Source: Escherichia phage EC128. Taken from it: DNA of 64,000 bases. The position numbers were made by a program, and so were the translations under genes. The notes below the pieces were generated by a model, which searched no databases, was not told where the DNA came from, and worked only from the letters and a program-made list of their open reading frames with translations. Positions 9,547-19,009 of the stretch are shown one piece after another (positions within the stretch are counted from its first letter, which is position 1; each line of letters begins with the position of its first letter). The stretch lies in sequence record ON210139.1, one strand, 5' to 3'.

Positions 9547-9646
9547 TTCAAAAATTTTTCACAAAACGGTTTACAAGCATAAAGCTTTATGGTACTATAC
9601 AACTATCAACTACTGATACAGATTTGGAGAATAAAATGAAAACTGT
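9543..9646 (+). repeat. promoter-early/stem-loop (PeSL-like) module, copy A
   Basis: includes promoter GTTTAC 9569-9574; 9591-9642 identical to 38255-38306. Confidence 0.6.
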
Positions 9647-10604
9647 AACTATCAATAAGGGTATCTACTTCGGTAAAGAAATCTCTGGAACTTTTGAGCT
9701 CTTAGGTGAATGGTTCCCAGATAATGCTCCGGTAGATGCACAAGGAGATGGTAAAGTTTTTGTTGAAATTGACGGTAAGCGTCGCGGTGTTTGGGTTTAC
9801 AAATCAGACATTTCATATGATGGTGTAAAAGTTGAAGAAGTTAAAGAATCATATGAAGATATGAAAACCCGCATTAATAAAAGATTTAATGTTATGGGAA
9901 TGATGACGAATGGTATTATTAACGGAAACATTCGTTCATTAATTATCTCTGGTGCGGCGGGTATTGGTAAAACGTATTCTTTAGATAAAGCTTTGAATAA
10001 AGCAAATGATAATGGATACATTGAATATAAAAGCATTAACGGTAAAATCTCCGGTATCGGTCTTTATGAACAACTTTGGAATAATCGTGAAGAGAATTCT
10101 GTCCTTTTGATTGATGATGTGGATGTTTTCTCTGATATGGACATTCTTAATCTTCTGAAAGCTGCTCTGGACACTGGAGAGACCCGTAAAGTCTGCTGGA
10201 GCACTGCATCTTCTTACTTAGAAGAAAAAGGCATTGAGCGTGAGTTTGAATTTAAAGGAACGATTGTTTTTATCACAAACGTTGACATTGACCGCGAATT
10301 AGACCGTGGTACTAAACTTGCTCCACATTTACAAGCATTAGTGTCCCGCTCAGTTTATTTAGATTTGGGTGTTCACACTAATGAAGAAATTATGGTCAGG
10401 GTTGAAGATGTTATTCTTTCAACTGACATGATGCAAAAGCGCGGTCTTTCTGATGAAGAAACTTATAAAGCATTATCATGGATGAAAGTCAATGTTAATC
10501 GTTTACGCAATGTTTCACTGCGTACTGCTCTTTATCTTGCTGACTTTATTATGACCGACAAAAACGGTTGGGAAGAAATCGCTGAAACAGTATTATTAAA
10601 ATGA
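9636..10604 (+). CDS. AAA+/P-loop ATPase
   Basis: Walker A SGAAGIGKT, Walker B LLIDDVD; start trimmed to ATG 9636. Confidence 0.65.
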   Translation: MKTVTINKGIYFGKEISGTFELLGEWFPDNAPVDAQGDGKVFVEIDGKRRGVWVYKSDISYDGVKVEEVKESYEDMKTRINKRFNVMGMMTNGIINGNIRSLIISGAAGIGKTYSLDKALNKANDNGYIEYKSINGKISGIGLYEQLWNNREENSVLLIDDVDVFSDMDILNLLKAALDTGETRKVCWSTASSYLEEKGIEREFEFKGTIVFITNVDIDRELDRGTKLAPHLQALVSRSVYLDLGVHTNEEIMVRVEDVILSTDMMQKRGLSDEETYKALSWMKVNVNRLRNVSLRTALYLADFIMTDKNGWEEIAETVLLK

Positions 10605-11320
10605 AAAAATATTTTACTATCTATAAAACTGAAATATTAAATTTAAAGACAGGTATTAAGAAATACTATTATGGTCGACATATAACTAATAATATCAATG
10701 ATTCGTATGTTGGTAGTGGAAATTATATAGAACGTGTAAAAGTGTCAAATGACCACATATTATCAAAAACGGTTTTAGAAGTTTTTGATAATTATGATAA
10801 AATGGTACAAGCTGAAATATTATATATCATGGCAGGTAAATTGAAATATGGGAAAAACTGTGTTAACCTGTCATACGGGGGTGAAGGAGGAAAGGTTGCA
10901 GATGAAACTAGGATAAAATGCAAAAAGCATTCTATAAATTTATGGAAAAATCCTAATCATATACAGCATATGAAGAAAAAGATGAAAGAGGTCACATCCA
11001 CGCCGGAAGCTAAATTAAACACTTCAATAAAAACTTCGCAACGATATAAGGACCCGGTTTTTGTTAGAAAAGTTAGTAATATTATTAAAAAGAAACTAAG
11101 CAATCCTGTAGTAAAAGAAAAGCATATTAATGGAATTAAAGCTGCAAAGCGTTCTCATTTAACTATATGGCAGTATGAAGATGAATTATTCGAGCTCTGG
11201 AAAGAAACTAAATGTGGATGGAGAAAATTTACAAAGGAAGCTATAAAACACGGATATCCAAATGAACCGTATCGTAGTATGGTATCAACTTTTCAGAAAA
11301 GACATTTAGAAGAATCCTAA
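10601..11320 (+). CDS. free-standing GIY-YIG-like homing endonuclease (possibly mobD by position)
   Basis: N-terminal YYYGRH...YVGSG, repeated NUMOD-like motifs; paralog of 21849, 40071, 49456. Confidence 0.6.
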   Translation: MKKYFTIYKTEILNLKTGIKKYYYGRHITNNINDSYVGSGNYIERVKVSNDHILSKTVLEVFDNYDKMVQAEILYIMAGKLKYGKNCVNLSYGGEGGKVADETRIKCKKHSINLWKNPNHIQHMKKKMKEVTSTPEAKLNTSIKTSQRYKDPVFVRKVSNIIKKKLSNPVVKEKHINGIKAAKRSHLTIWQYEDELFELWKETKCGWRKFTKEAIKHGYPNEPYRSMVSTFQKRHLEES

Positions 11321-11402
11321 GACAAAAAGGCAGTTCAGAAATAGATTATATGGACTGCCATTAAAAAGATGACTAGAATTAAACTGGTGAATGGAGGTAG
11401 TG

Positions 11403-11705
11403 ATGTTATACTCAAAGGCTCGTGAAATTTACGAAACTAAGATTAAAGAAGCTGTATTTCAGTTCGCAACGACAATGCGATGGACAAATGATTGGGAGTA
11501 TTCAAAAAATCATAAGAAGCCCATGGTGACAAGAAAGGCTCATATGTTAGTGTTAATAGACCGTGAGCAGATTAAAGCCCGAGAAGCCCTCCAGAATCAT
11601 AAAAAGGCTGCCTTTGAATGGTTTATGGATAACACTGCTCCTGAGACTAAGAAAGCGGTAAGCGCGTGGTTCAGTGGAAAAAATTGTGAAAGAAGTTTCT
11701 TTTAG
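11403..11705 (+). CDS. hypothetical protein
   Basis: SD GGAGGT then ATG 11403; 100 aa. Confidence 0.5.
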   Translation: MLYSKAREIYETKIKEAVFQFATTMRWTNDWEYSKNHKKPMVTRKAHMLVLIDREQIKAREALQNHKKAAFEWFMDNTAPETKKAVSAWFSGKNCERSFF

Positions 11706-11765
11706 TGGTTTACAAGACCGTTCCTCTGTGGTACTATACAACTATCAACTACGGAGGAACAGAAA
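11703..11765 (+). repeat. PeSL-like module, partial copy
   Basis: GTTTACAAG...GGTACTATACAACTATCAACTAC shared with copies A and B. Confidence 0.45.
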
Positions 11766-12293
11766 ATGAACGCTAAAGATATTTTCAACCTGGTAAATTA
11801 CAACGATGGTAAATTTAAATCAGAAGCACAAAGCAAGTTCTTTAATGACATCTCAATCGGAGGTGAAATCACTGTTAATGGAGGACAAATTTACAAATCC
11901 CGTTGGAATTGGATCGTTATTATCGATGAGATTGGTATTGTAGAAATTTACAAGAATACGAATAAAAATCGTACATTACACTGGTCTCGTGATACTAACG
12001 AACAGTACAAAAAGGATAAAGCATCTAAATTATCTCGTGTAACTCAAGAAGATATTGAGTTCATCAAGAAAGATATTTTAATGTATGATAACTTAATTGC
12101 TGAAGAGCAAGCTGTTATTGATAAATTTGACGAAATTAAAGCTTCTCGTGAAATTCCTGATTTTATGAAAGAATCAGTAAATGAACGATACTCTCTCATT
12201 TCAGAGCGTATTGAAACTTACAAAAAGCAAAGAGCTGAACGCCAAAATACTCTTCGGAAGTTTGAAGAACGGTTAAAGACGGTACTCGCATAA
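11766..12293 (+). CDS. hypothetical protein with C-terminal coiled coil
   Basis: 175-aa ORF. Confidence 0.55.
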   Translation: MNAKDIFNLVNYNDGKFKSEAQSKFFNDISIGGEITVNGGQIYKSRWNWIVIIDEIGIVEIYKNTNKNRTLHWSRDTNEQYKKDKASKLSRVTQEDIEFIKKDILMYDNLIAEEQAVIDKFDEIKASREIPDFMKESVNERYSLISERIETYKKQRAERQNTLRKFEERLKTVLA

Positions 12294-12348
12294 CTGCTTT
12301 ATACCAAGGATGGTATAATGGTTCTAAGCCCTTTTAATTGAGATTATT

Positions 12349-12750
12349 ATGAAACAGTTGATAATTAAAAGATTGAATTTATTGATATGTTGTTTATGTA
12401 TAGTAATTGCATATGGTTATTATGCTATTAATGATTATATGCATTATAAAGATTATGATGTTACTGTAGTTAATACCCTTACAGGAACTCAAGGAAAGGG
12501 GTCTAGTTTATCGTTTATTGCTGTATATGAACTAAATGACGGTTATAGATTTAGTGAATATATTTCACCAGAGATGTATTCTTCAATAGAAAAAGGCGAT
12601 AATATTACTGTAAGTTTACGTCCTTTCGACGTAAAACAGACATGGTTTGATAATATTGTTTGGTTCTTTGGAATGGTATTAGTTCAATCTGTGTGTGGTG
12701 CTTATATAGTCTTTTCAATCTTATTCTGTGTATTTAGTAAAATTGAGTGA
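12349..12750 (+). CDS. membrane protein
   Basis: 133 aa, hydrophobic N and C termini. Confidence 0.5.
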   Translation: MKQLIIKRLNLLICCLCIVIAYGYYAINDYMHYKDYDVTVVNTLTGTQGKGSSLSFIAVYELNDGYRFSEYISPEMYSSIEKGDNITVSLRPFDVKQTWFDNIVWFFGMVLVQSVCGAYIVFSILFCVFSKIE

Positions 12751-12757
12751 GGAAAAT

Positions 12758-13645
12758 ATGTCAGCGGTAATTAATAATGTCAATGCAGTAATTAAATCTT
12801 TAGTTAATAAAAAATCAAATGAATGGACTGTACTTCAACGCGACAAGTCAGATAAATTTTTTCATAAATTTAACCCAGTACTAAATTTAAATGTTATTGA
12901 TAAAGATGTTCACGCCGAAATTTTAGATAAGTTTAAAGTTGATATTGGATTTGGATTAGAAAAACATTTACAACGAACAAACGAGTCTGGAATGCTTTTA
13001 TCTAATCGCATCATGAAAGCCCTTAATAAAATTGGAGCATTGTCTCGCATTAACGCGAGTGAAATTCTTCGCAATTATAATAAAGGATATGACCTTTATG
13101 GCCGACTAATGCCAAAATTATCATTCGACCAAATGATTGCGGATTTGTGGGAAAATCAACGACGATTATTAGCATTAGGTGCTCGATTAGCTAAAGGTCT
13201 AGATAAACAAATGATTTTTAAAACTAATAATACAGAAGACCTTAAATGCTTTAAATTTAGTACTCGTGGAGATGATTATTACGTCAGAGCTCACTCTACA
13301 GATTATGTTAATATGGGGCATCATCTCTGTTTAGCTTTTGAAGTTTTAAAAGAAGCTGGAACATTAGAATATGTGTCTGGTGCTAAATGCCCGATTGGTT
13401 CAAGTTGTATTTTAATTTATCGCCCGGATGAATCCAGTTCATCTAAATTGCCTACAAAACCTGCACCAGTTCGTAGTAACGAAAAACATTCTGAACAAAT
13501 TGATTATTTTAATAAGCAAATTGAAGAGCTGAATATTTCTATTCAACGATATGACGATGAAATTTTCAGACTATCTGGATTGAGTAGTAAAGCTAAATCT
13601 GAACGTGAAAAATTAATTAAAATTGTTGATTTACTTAAATCTTAA
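12758..13645 (+). CDS. coiled-coil protein, paralog 1 of 4
   Basis: SD GAGGAAAATATG; C-terminal heptad-rich tail. Confidence 0.55.
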   Translation: MSAVINNVNAVIKSLVNKKSNEWTVLQRDKSDKFFHKFNPVLNLNVIDKDVHAEILDKFKVDIGFGLEKHLQRTNESGMLLSNRIMKALNKIGALSRINASEILRNYNKGYDLYGRLMPKLSFDQMIADLWENQRRLLALGARLAKGLDKQMIFKTNNTEDLKCFKFSTRGDDYYVRAHSTDYVNMGHHLCLAFEVLKEAGTLEYVSGAKCPIGSSCILIYRPDESSSSKLPTKPAPVRSNEKHSEQIDYFNKQIEELNISIQRYDDEIFRLSGLSSKAKSEREKLIKIVDLLKS

Positions 13646-13653
13646 GGAACACC

Positions 13654-14673
13654 ATGAAAACTCGTTCTCAAATTGAAGATATGGTTCGTAATGCCAGTTA
13701 TACTCGTGATGTTATGACATTTTTGTGCCAAAATAATTTAGACCCTGATAAAGTTAATCGTGATATTCACTTTAAATATCTAAATAGCATTGAATTGTTA
13801 CGTCATTTTAGTAAAGCGGGGTATATTACACAAATGACTGCTCGTGAGCAGCTCACCGATTTCTGTAAAACTATTGATTATAAAAATCCTCTATTTGTTC
13901 AAGGCGTTGGTCAGAGTAAGGTCGATTTATCATCTGGATTTTTCAATCCAAATCATTATCGTCTTGAATGGAGATTTATTGCTCTATTCCGTAAACAATT
14001 AAAGCAAATTTTGTCTACTGCTAGTCGATTAAAAGGTTCTGATATTAACTTAAAGAATCTGAAATTTGATGGTTATACTCTTCAAATGGAAGTAAGACCA
14101 TCTAAAGAAAATAATAGAACTGCACGAATTAGCTTTAAGCCTAATACTAAAAATTCTCTTTCAATTTGTGAATGCCTTAAATCGCAGTTGACAGAAGCAT
14201 TTAAGTATATGGATGTTGTTGCTGCTGTTCAATCTAAGATTTTACCTCGTTTTGAGCGAAATTGGGAACATACAACAACATATGAACTTGATATGATCGT
14301 TTCATTTAAATACGATTTTTTGAGAAAGGACGAAGTCCCGCAAGAGAAAAAGCAAGAAGTGCAAGATAACTTAAATTTATCCAATTACTCATCAAACGAT
14401 CCTAAATTTTGGATGTATAGTTCAGGTAATAAAGATGCATGGAAATTCAATAAAGTGAATTTTCTTCCTGTTGAAAATCCGAGTCTTAAACCTGTTGAAA
14501 AATGGCACGCGGATGCGATTGAGAAGTCTATCAAGGCAGTAGATGATGAACTCGTTAAAGCAACTAATGAAGTGTTAGAAGCTGAAAAGATGTTAGAAAA
14601 AGCTCAAGAAAAAGTCAAAAATCTCGCGAAGCAACGTTCTAAACTGAACAATGCACTAAATGCACTAAACTAG
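13654..14673 (+). CDS. coiled-coil protein, paralog 2 of 4
   Basis: 339 aa; shares FR.F.KQ.K.ILS.AS.L motif. Confidence 0.6.
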   Translation: MKTRSQIEDMVRNASYTRDVMTFLCQNNLDPDKVNRDIHFKYLNSIELLRHFSKAGYITQMTAREQLTDFCKTIDYKNPLFVQGVGQSKVDLSSGFFNPNHYRLEWRFIALFRKQLKQILSTASRLKGSDINLKNLKFDGYTLQMEVRPSKENNRTARISFKPNTKNSLSICECLKSQLTEAFKYMDVVAAVQSKILPRFERNWEHTTTYELDMIVSFKYDFLRKDEVPQEKKQEVQDNLNLSNYSSNDPKFWMYSSGNKDAWKFNKVNFLPVENPSLKPVEKWHADAIEKSIKAVDDELVKATNEVLEAEKMLEKAQEKVKNLAKQRSKLNNALNALN

Positions 14674-14702
14674 TTTACTTTGCCACAAGGATGTGGTATA
14701 AT
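14673..14702 (+). promoter_or_regulatory. early promoter
   Basis: GTTTACTTTGCCACAAGGATGTGGTATAAT; near-identical copy at 63742. Confidence 0.6.
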
Positions 14703-14730
14703 GTTCTTACTTTCTACTGAGGAGATTATT

Positions 14731-15732
14731 ATGACTCGTAACGAATATATCAAATCATTCAATAGCGTTATTGATGATAAAGTTAAACCTGTGTTTAGTC
14801 AGAATAGTGTTATTTCCATTATCAATCAATGGCTAAATAATATTGATGTAAGCATTGTTTCTTCCAGCAAATTTATTCACGAAGTTCGTGAAATTTCTAG
14901 TCGTACAGATAAAGATGACATTAAGAAAACCTTTAAAGGGTCTCGTCTTCTTTCATACTTAGTCAACAGAGATATTCTTGGTAAATTTGGGAAAGAAATT
15001 AAACGAACTAAAGATGTAATAGGATACAGTTGGTTCGGTGATGTTAATTCTTATCATCTTAATAATAAAGAAGACCCTGAGAATATTTTTACTCGTCGTT
15101 GGATTAGTAATTTTAGACTTTTCAAGAAGCAAATTCTAAAATCAGCTTCTAAATTATGCTATGGTGATTATCGTCAAATCCATCCTTGGGCTTCTGATAT
15201 GATTATCATAAAAGAATATGAGCTTGATAAAAATAAAGCAGCTATTTTTGTGAATTATGAATTTTTTACACCAGAAGCTAATCAAAAGAACATTAATAAA
15301 TTTTTCTCAATTGCTAGCGATATAACTCGTCAGTTAGAGACCGCATTACTTTGTATGGAAACAGTAGAAAATATTCATACTTATCCTTTTAAGAATATAT
15401 GCGGTTGGGAAGGATATAAAATTGTAGTTAGTCTCCGTGAAGTAAAGTGTGCGTACTCACCGACTGATAAAGAAATTTACCAACAAAAATGTGATGAAAT
15501 TGTGAATACTCCTAAAGAAGAAACTACCCTTGAGGAACTAATGGAATGTCTTGACGATTCGCCTGAACCAGTAGAAATTCGTCCAGAAGTTATTGCACTA
15601 GAAAAAGCTTATAAAGAAGTTCTAGAAATTTCTAATAAAGCGCAGAAAGAATATGAGCAGGCTAAAAGGATTTGGGAAGAATCTGTTAATCGCCTGGATC
15701 GTCTTGAACAAGCTTTACAGTTAATTAAGTAA
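14731..15732 (+). CDS. coiled-coil protein, paralog 3 of 4
   Basis: start trimmed to ATG 14731 after SD GAGGAG. Confidence 0.6.
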   Translation: MTRNEYIKSFNSVIDDKVKPVFSQNSVISIINQWLNNIDVSIVSSSKFIHEVREISSRTDKDDIKKTFKGSRLLSYLVNRDILGKFGKEIKRTKDVIGYSWFGDVNSYHLNNKEDPENIFTRRWISNFRLFKKQILKSASKLCYGDYRQIHPWASDMIIIKEYELDKNKAAIFVNYEFFTPEANQKNINKFFSIASDITRQLETALLCMETVENIHTYPFKNICGWEGYKIVVSLREVKCAYSPTDKEIYQQKCDEIVNTPKEETTLEELMECLDDSPEPVEIRPEVIALEKAYKEVLEISNKAQKEYEQAKRIWEESVNRLDRLEQALQLIK

Positions 15733-15784
15733 TTTAAAGCCAAGGATGGCTCGGAGTATAAATCATTAACCAAGTGAGAAGAAC

Positions 15785-16714
15785 ATGAAAACTCGTAAAC
15801 ATTATATTGATTATTTTGACAGCCTTATTACTAAACATCGTAATTATCAGATCGGGCACAGAGCAGTAATCAATAATATTCTTCGTGATTTCCTTCAATA
15901 TGTTGGCCAGGAAAATCATATCTGTAAAGATACTCAGAACGCTTATTCTCATTCGTTAGGCAATTTGCTTCAATGGTTTAAACGTTCTCGTCTGTTATCT
16001 TCTACTGTAGCTCGTGATAACATTGAAAACTTTATGAAGCCGAGCTTCATTAAATCTGCGACATCTATAACCGATTTGGTTGAATTTACTATTGTTAACG
16101 ATGTTAAAAAGACCCATTTGGCTGATTGGTTATCTACCATTCCCGAAACTAAATTTGCTGATAAATTCGCTTGTCAATTCAATGACCAAGTGAATATGCT
16201 TTTTAAGCATGCTCGTAAACTATTTACCGCGGGCGATGACCGTACAAATACAGTTCATGTTAAGGATTGGGTTATTGCTGATGAAGTAACACATAAGCCA
16301 GGTGGTTCATCAGTATTAATTAATATCCAGGTTCCTTATTATTACTCACGTAATCTCGGCACCATGAACTCTAGAGAAATTAATAAGCACAACAAAACTA
16401 TTCGTTCGTTGTCTTATAAACTCCGCATGATGTTAAAAATCATGGACGTAGTAGAAATGTATGACGAAACCGAAGATAATGGTTCAATGCTGTACAGTTC
16501 ACGCATTCTAATTAAACTGAAGAACCCTAATACATATAAGCCAGTTGTAAAAGAACCTAAAGCAGAAAAGGCTGATAACCTGAGTGAAGAACGCGAATAT
16601 CTCAAATCTCGACTGGTTGAAGTTGAAGCCCAGATTGCCGAACACACCAAATTGTTAAAAGCTCTTAATGCAAAAGCAAATGGTTTACGTAATGCTATTG
16701 AGGTACTGAAATGA
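15785..16714 (+). CDS. coiled-coil protein, paralog 4 of 4
   Basis: 309 aa, C-terminal coiled coil. Confidence 0.6.
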   Translation: MKTRKHYIDYFDSLITKHRNYQIGHRAVINNILRDFLQYVGQENHICKDTQNAYSHSLGNLLQWFKRSRLLSSTVARDNIENFMKPSFIKSATSITDLVEFTIVNDVKKTHLADWLSTIPETKFADKFACQFNDQVNMLFKHARKLFTAGDDRTNTVHVKDWVIADEVTHKPGGSSVLINIQVPYYYSRNLGTMNSREINKHNKTIRSLSYKLRMMLKIMDVVEMYDETEDNGSMLYSSRILIKLKNPNTYKPVVKEPKAEKADNLSEEREYLKSRLVEVEAQIAEHTKLLKALNAKANGLRNAIEVLK

Positions 16715-17007
16715 AAAAGCGCTTATTAGAAGATATTGCCGAAGCTTCAGATTTTCCTGAATGGACTCCATGCGCTGGGTTTGATAAAGGGCTGCTAGTT
16801 ACCGACGATTTAGACTTTAAACCTCCAGCATGGGATGCCATTATGGCTATGGTTAGTCGTCGTGAGCAATCTTCTAAGAATGTTCCAAACTGCCCAAAGT
16901 GTGGTACTGAACAGGTACAATTAGTTCATTGGCAGACTAGTATTCTTCGTTATAAATGTCGTCATTGCAAACACCGATTTAACCGAGAAGAAAATGACCA
17001 AGCGTAA
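16711..17007 (+). CDS. zinc-ribbon protein
   Basis: CPKCG...CRHCKH; ATGA overlap. Confidence 0.5.
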   Translation: MKKRLLEDIAEASDFPEWTPCAGFDKGLLVTDDLDFKPPAWDAIMAMVSRREQSSKNVPNCPKCGTEQVQLVHWQTSILRYKCRHCKHRFNREENDQA

Positions 17008-17236
17008 AGAATATATGGAGATTGCTGAAAAGGCAGTCCGTGAATTAGCAATAGCGTATTATAATGAACATGGTAAATTTCCTGATAGATACAGCGTGCT
17101 TAAATCTGCTTTAACTCGTTCATATAAAAATATGCTATCAGAAGTAAGTGATATTATATACAAACATAAAGAACAAACAGGCCAAAGTCTTGATTACGAC
17201 GAGACTTTTAAACAAGTATTAGGAATTAAGGAATAA
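16994..17236 (+). CDS. hypothetical protein
   Basis: 80-aa ORF. Confidence 0.5.
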   Translation: MTKRKEYMEIAEKAVRELAIAYYNEHGKFPDRYSVLKSALTRSYKNMLSEVSDIIYKHKEQTGQSLDYDETFKQVLGIKE

Positions 17237-17237
17237 T

Positions 17238-17501
17238 ATGTTTAAAGTATATGGTTATGATAGCAACATCCACAAATGCGTGTATTGCGATAATGCAAAA
17301 CGTCTTTTGACCGTGAAGAAACAGCCGTTTGAATTTATCAACATTATGCCGGAAAAAGGTGTTTTTGATGATGAGAAAATCGCTGAGCTTCTGACTAAAC
17401 TAGGTCGTGATACTCAAATCGGCTTAACAATGCCTCAGGTATTTGCTCCTGATGGAAGTCATATTGGTGGATTTGACCAATTGCGGGAATACTTTAAATG
17501 A
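17238..17501 (+). CDS. nrdC: glutaredoxin/thioredoxin NrdC
   Basis: 87 aa, active site CVYC. Confidence 0.85.
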   Translation: MFKVYGYDSNIHKCVYCDNAKRLLTVKKQPFEFINIMPEKGVFDDEKIAELLTKLGRDTQIGLTMPQVFAPDGSHIGGFDQLREYFK

Positions 17502-17713
17502 TGCTCGAAGGAACTGATTATATCCATGATTACCGCGGAAGCGCGGTATATGTAGGTGATGAAGTTGTAGTTTATTATGGGTATGGAACTTTGATGACAG
17601 CAAAGGTTATTCAAATTAAAAATAATCGTGCTAAACTTGAAGTTTATTATTCTAATGGTGAAAAGTCTATTTCTAAGTGGAAATATGGCGATTGTATGGT
17701 CAAACTGGGGTAA
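17498..17713 (+). CDS. hypothetical protein
   Basis: 71-aa ORF, ATGA overlap. Confidence 0.5.
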   Translation: MMLEGTDYIHDYRGSAVYVGDEVVVYYGYGTLMTAKVIQIKNNRAKLEVYYSNGEKSISKWKYGDCMVKLG

Positions 17714-17715
17714 AT

Positions 17716-17886
17716 ATGATTTACGATATTAATGTAGCAAGAGCTCCGTCAATGGTTACTATTCCTGCTAAAGAACTAGATCGTCTTCATAAAATTGAAG
17801 AACTTCTTTGGGAAATTGAATCTGATTTGCCATCAGGATTAGAATCCTGGATTGATTATGAAGAACTTAATAAGCTTCGGGGTTAA
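17716..17886 (+). CDS. hypothetical small protein
   Basis: SD GGGG then ATG 17716; 56 aa. Confidence 0.4.
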   Translation: MIYDINVARAPSMVTIPAKELDRLHKIEELLWEIESDLPSGLESWIDYEELNKLRG

Positions 17887-18008
17887 ACCTTGGTGGGCGG
17901 CTAGATGGGAAACTGTAGAGCCAGAGCCGGAAGAACCGGTTTACACTGATGAAGAAACAGTATATAATGAACCAACGATAAATGACTTAATTGATATGGA
18001 GATGGGAC

Positions 18009-18494
18009 ATGATTACAGTAGATAAGTGGTTTAGAATTAATCGTGCTGATACAGGGCTATGTAATTACTGGCCGGAACTTAGTGCAGGTACTGTCTTTAA
18101 AGTTCGTGAACTTGCAAAAGAATGTGAAGATGATATAGAGCCTGACACTGGAATTGTTGAAATTGAACTTTCCGACGGAAAGATTATTAATATCTATGAT
18201 AAGCCAATTACATATTGGTGCTTATGGAATACTGAATCAGTCGAAAATGGCGAAATTGAAGAAGTTGTAGAGCGAACTAATCAAGTTGTTCAGAAGCCTA
18301 AAGCCGATTTTCAAGGTGAACGTATTTCATACGCACTAGCTAAATTAGCTGCGCAAGAAAATAACGATGGCTATGAAGGTAACCTGATGCAAGCTGCCGC
18401 AGAGTACATTGAATGGCTTGAAACTCAAATTTCTTTTTCTGACCAAAAGATTCGGCAATATAAGCGATTGAATCAAATGTTTTACAATACTTGA
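18009..18494 (+). CDS. pin: Pin protease inhibitor (tentative)
   Basis: 161 aa from ATG 18009; lies between nrdC and 49 as in T4. Confidence 0.45.
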   Translation: MITVDKWFRINRADTGLCNYWPELSAGTVFKVRELAKECEDDIEPDTGIVEIELSDGKIINIYDKPITYWCLWNTESVENGEIEEVVERTNQVVQKPKADFQGERISYALAKLAAQENNDGYEGNLMQAAAEYIEWLETQISFSDQKIRQYKRLNQMFYNT

Positions 18495-18505
18495 AAATAA
18501 TAAAT

Positions 18506-18530
18506 ACCCTTATCTATTTAAGGTAAGGGT
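18506..18530 (+). promoter_or_regulatory. hairpin sequestering the gene 49 ribosome-binding site
   Basis: ACCCTTA...TAAGGGT 7-bp stem ends 5 nt before ATG 18536. Confidence 0.4.
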
Positions 18531-18535
18531 TTATT

Positions 18536-19009
18536 ATGTTATTGACTGGCAAATTATATAAAAAAGAAAAACAGAAATTTTATGATGCACAAAATGGTAA
18601 ATGCTTAATTTGCCAACGAGAACTAAATCCTGACGTTCAAGCTAATCACCTCGACCATGACCATGAATTAAATGGACCAAAAGCAGGAAAGGTACGTGGA
18701 TTGCTTTGTAATCTATGCAATGCCGCAGAAGGTCAAATGAAGCATAAATTTAATCGTTCTGGCTTAAAGGGACAGGGTGTTGATTATCTTGAATGGTTAG
18801 AAAATTTACTTACTTACTTAAAATCCGATTACACCCAAAATAATATTCACCCTAACTTCGTTGGAGATAAATCAAAGGAATTTTCTCGTTTAGGAAAAGA
18901 GGAAATGATGGCTGAGATGCTTCAAAGAGGATTTGAATATAATGAATCTGACACCAAAACACAATTAATAGCTTCATTTAAGAAGCAGCTTAGAAAGAGT
19001 TTAAAATGA
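18536..19009 (+). CDS. 49: endonuclease VII (Holliday junction resolvase)
   Basis: 157 aa, His-Me finger HLDHDH...N, four Cys. Confidence 0.85.
   Translation: MLLTGKLYKKEKQKFYDAQNGKCLICQRELNPDVQANHLDHDHELNGPKAGKVRGLLCNLCNAAEGQMKHKFNRSGLKGQGVDYLEWLENLLTYLKSDYTQNNIHPNFVGDKSKEFSRLGKEEMMAEMLQRGFEYNESDTKTQLIASFKKQLRKSLK

Noticed and set aside
9465-9635. Track ORF starts extending upstream through promoter/leader sequence (also 38108, 14680, 57537, 17991)
   Set aside because: The upstream extensions translate promoter and leader repeats; starts were trimmed to the first ATG with a proper SD.
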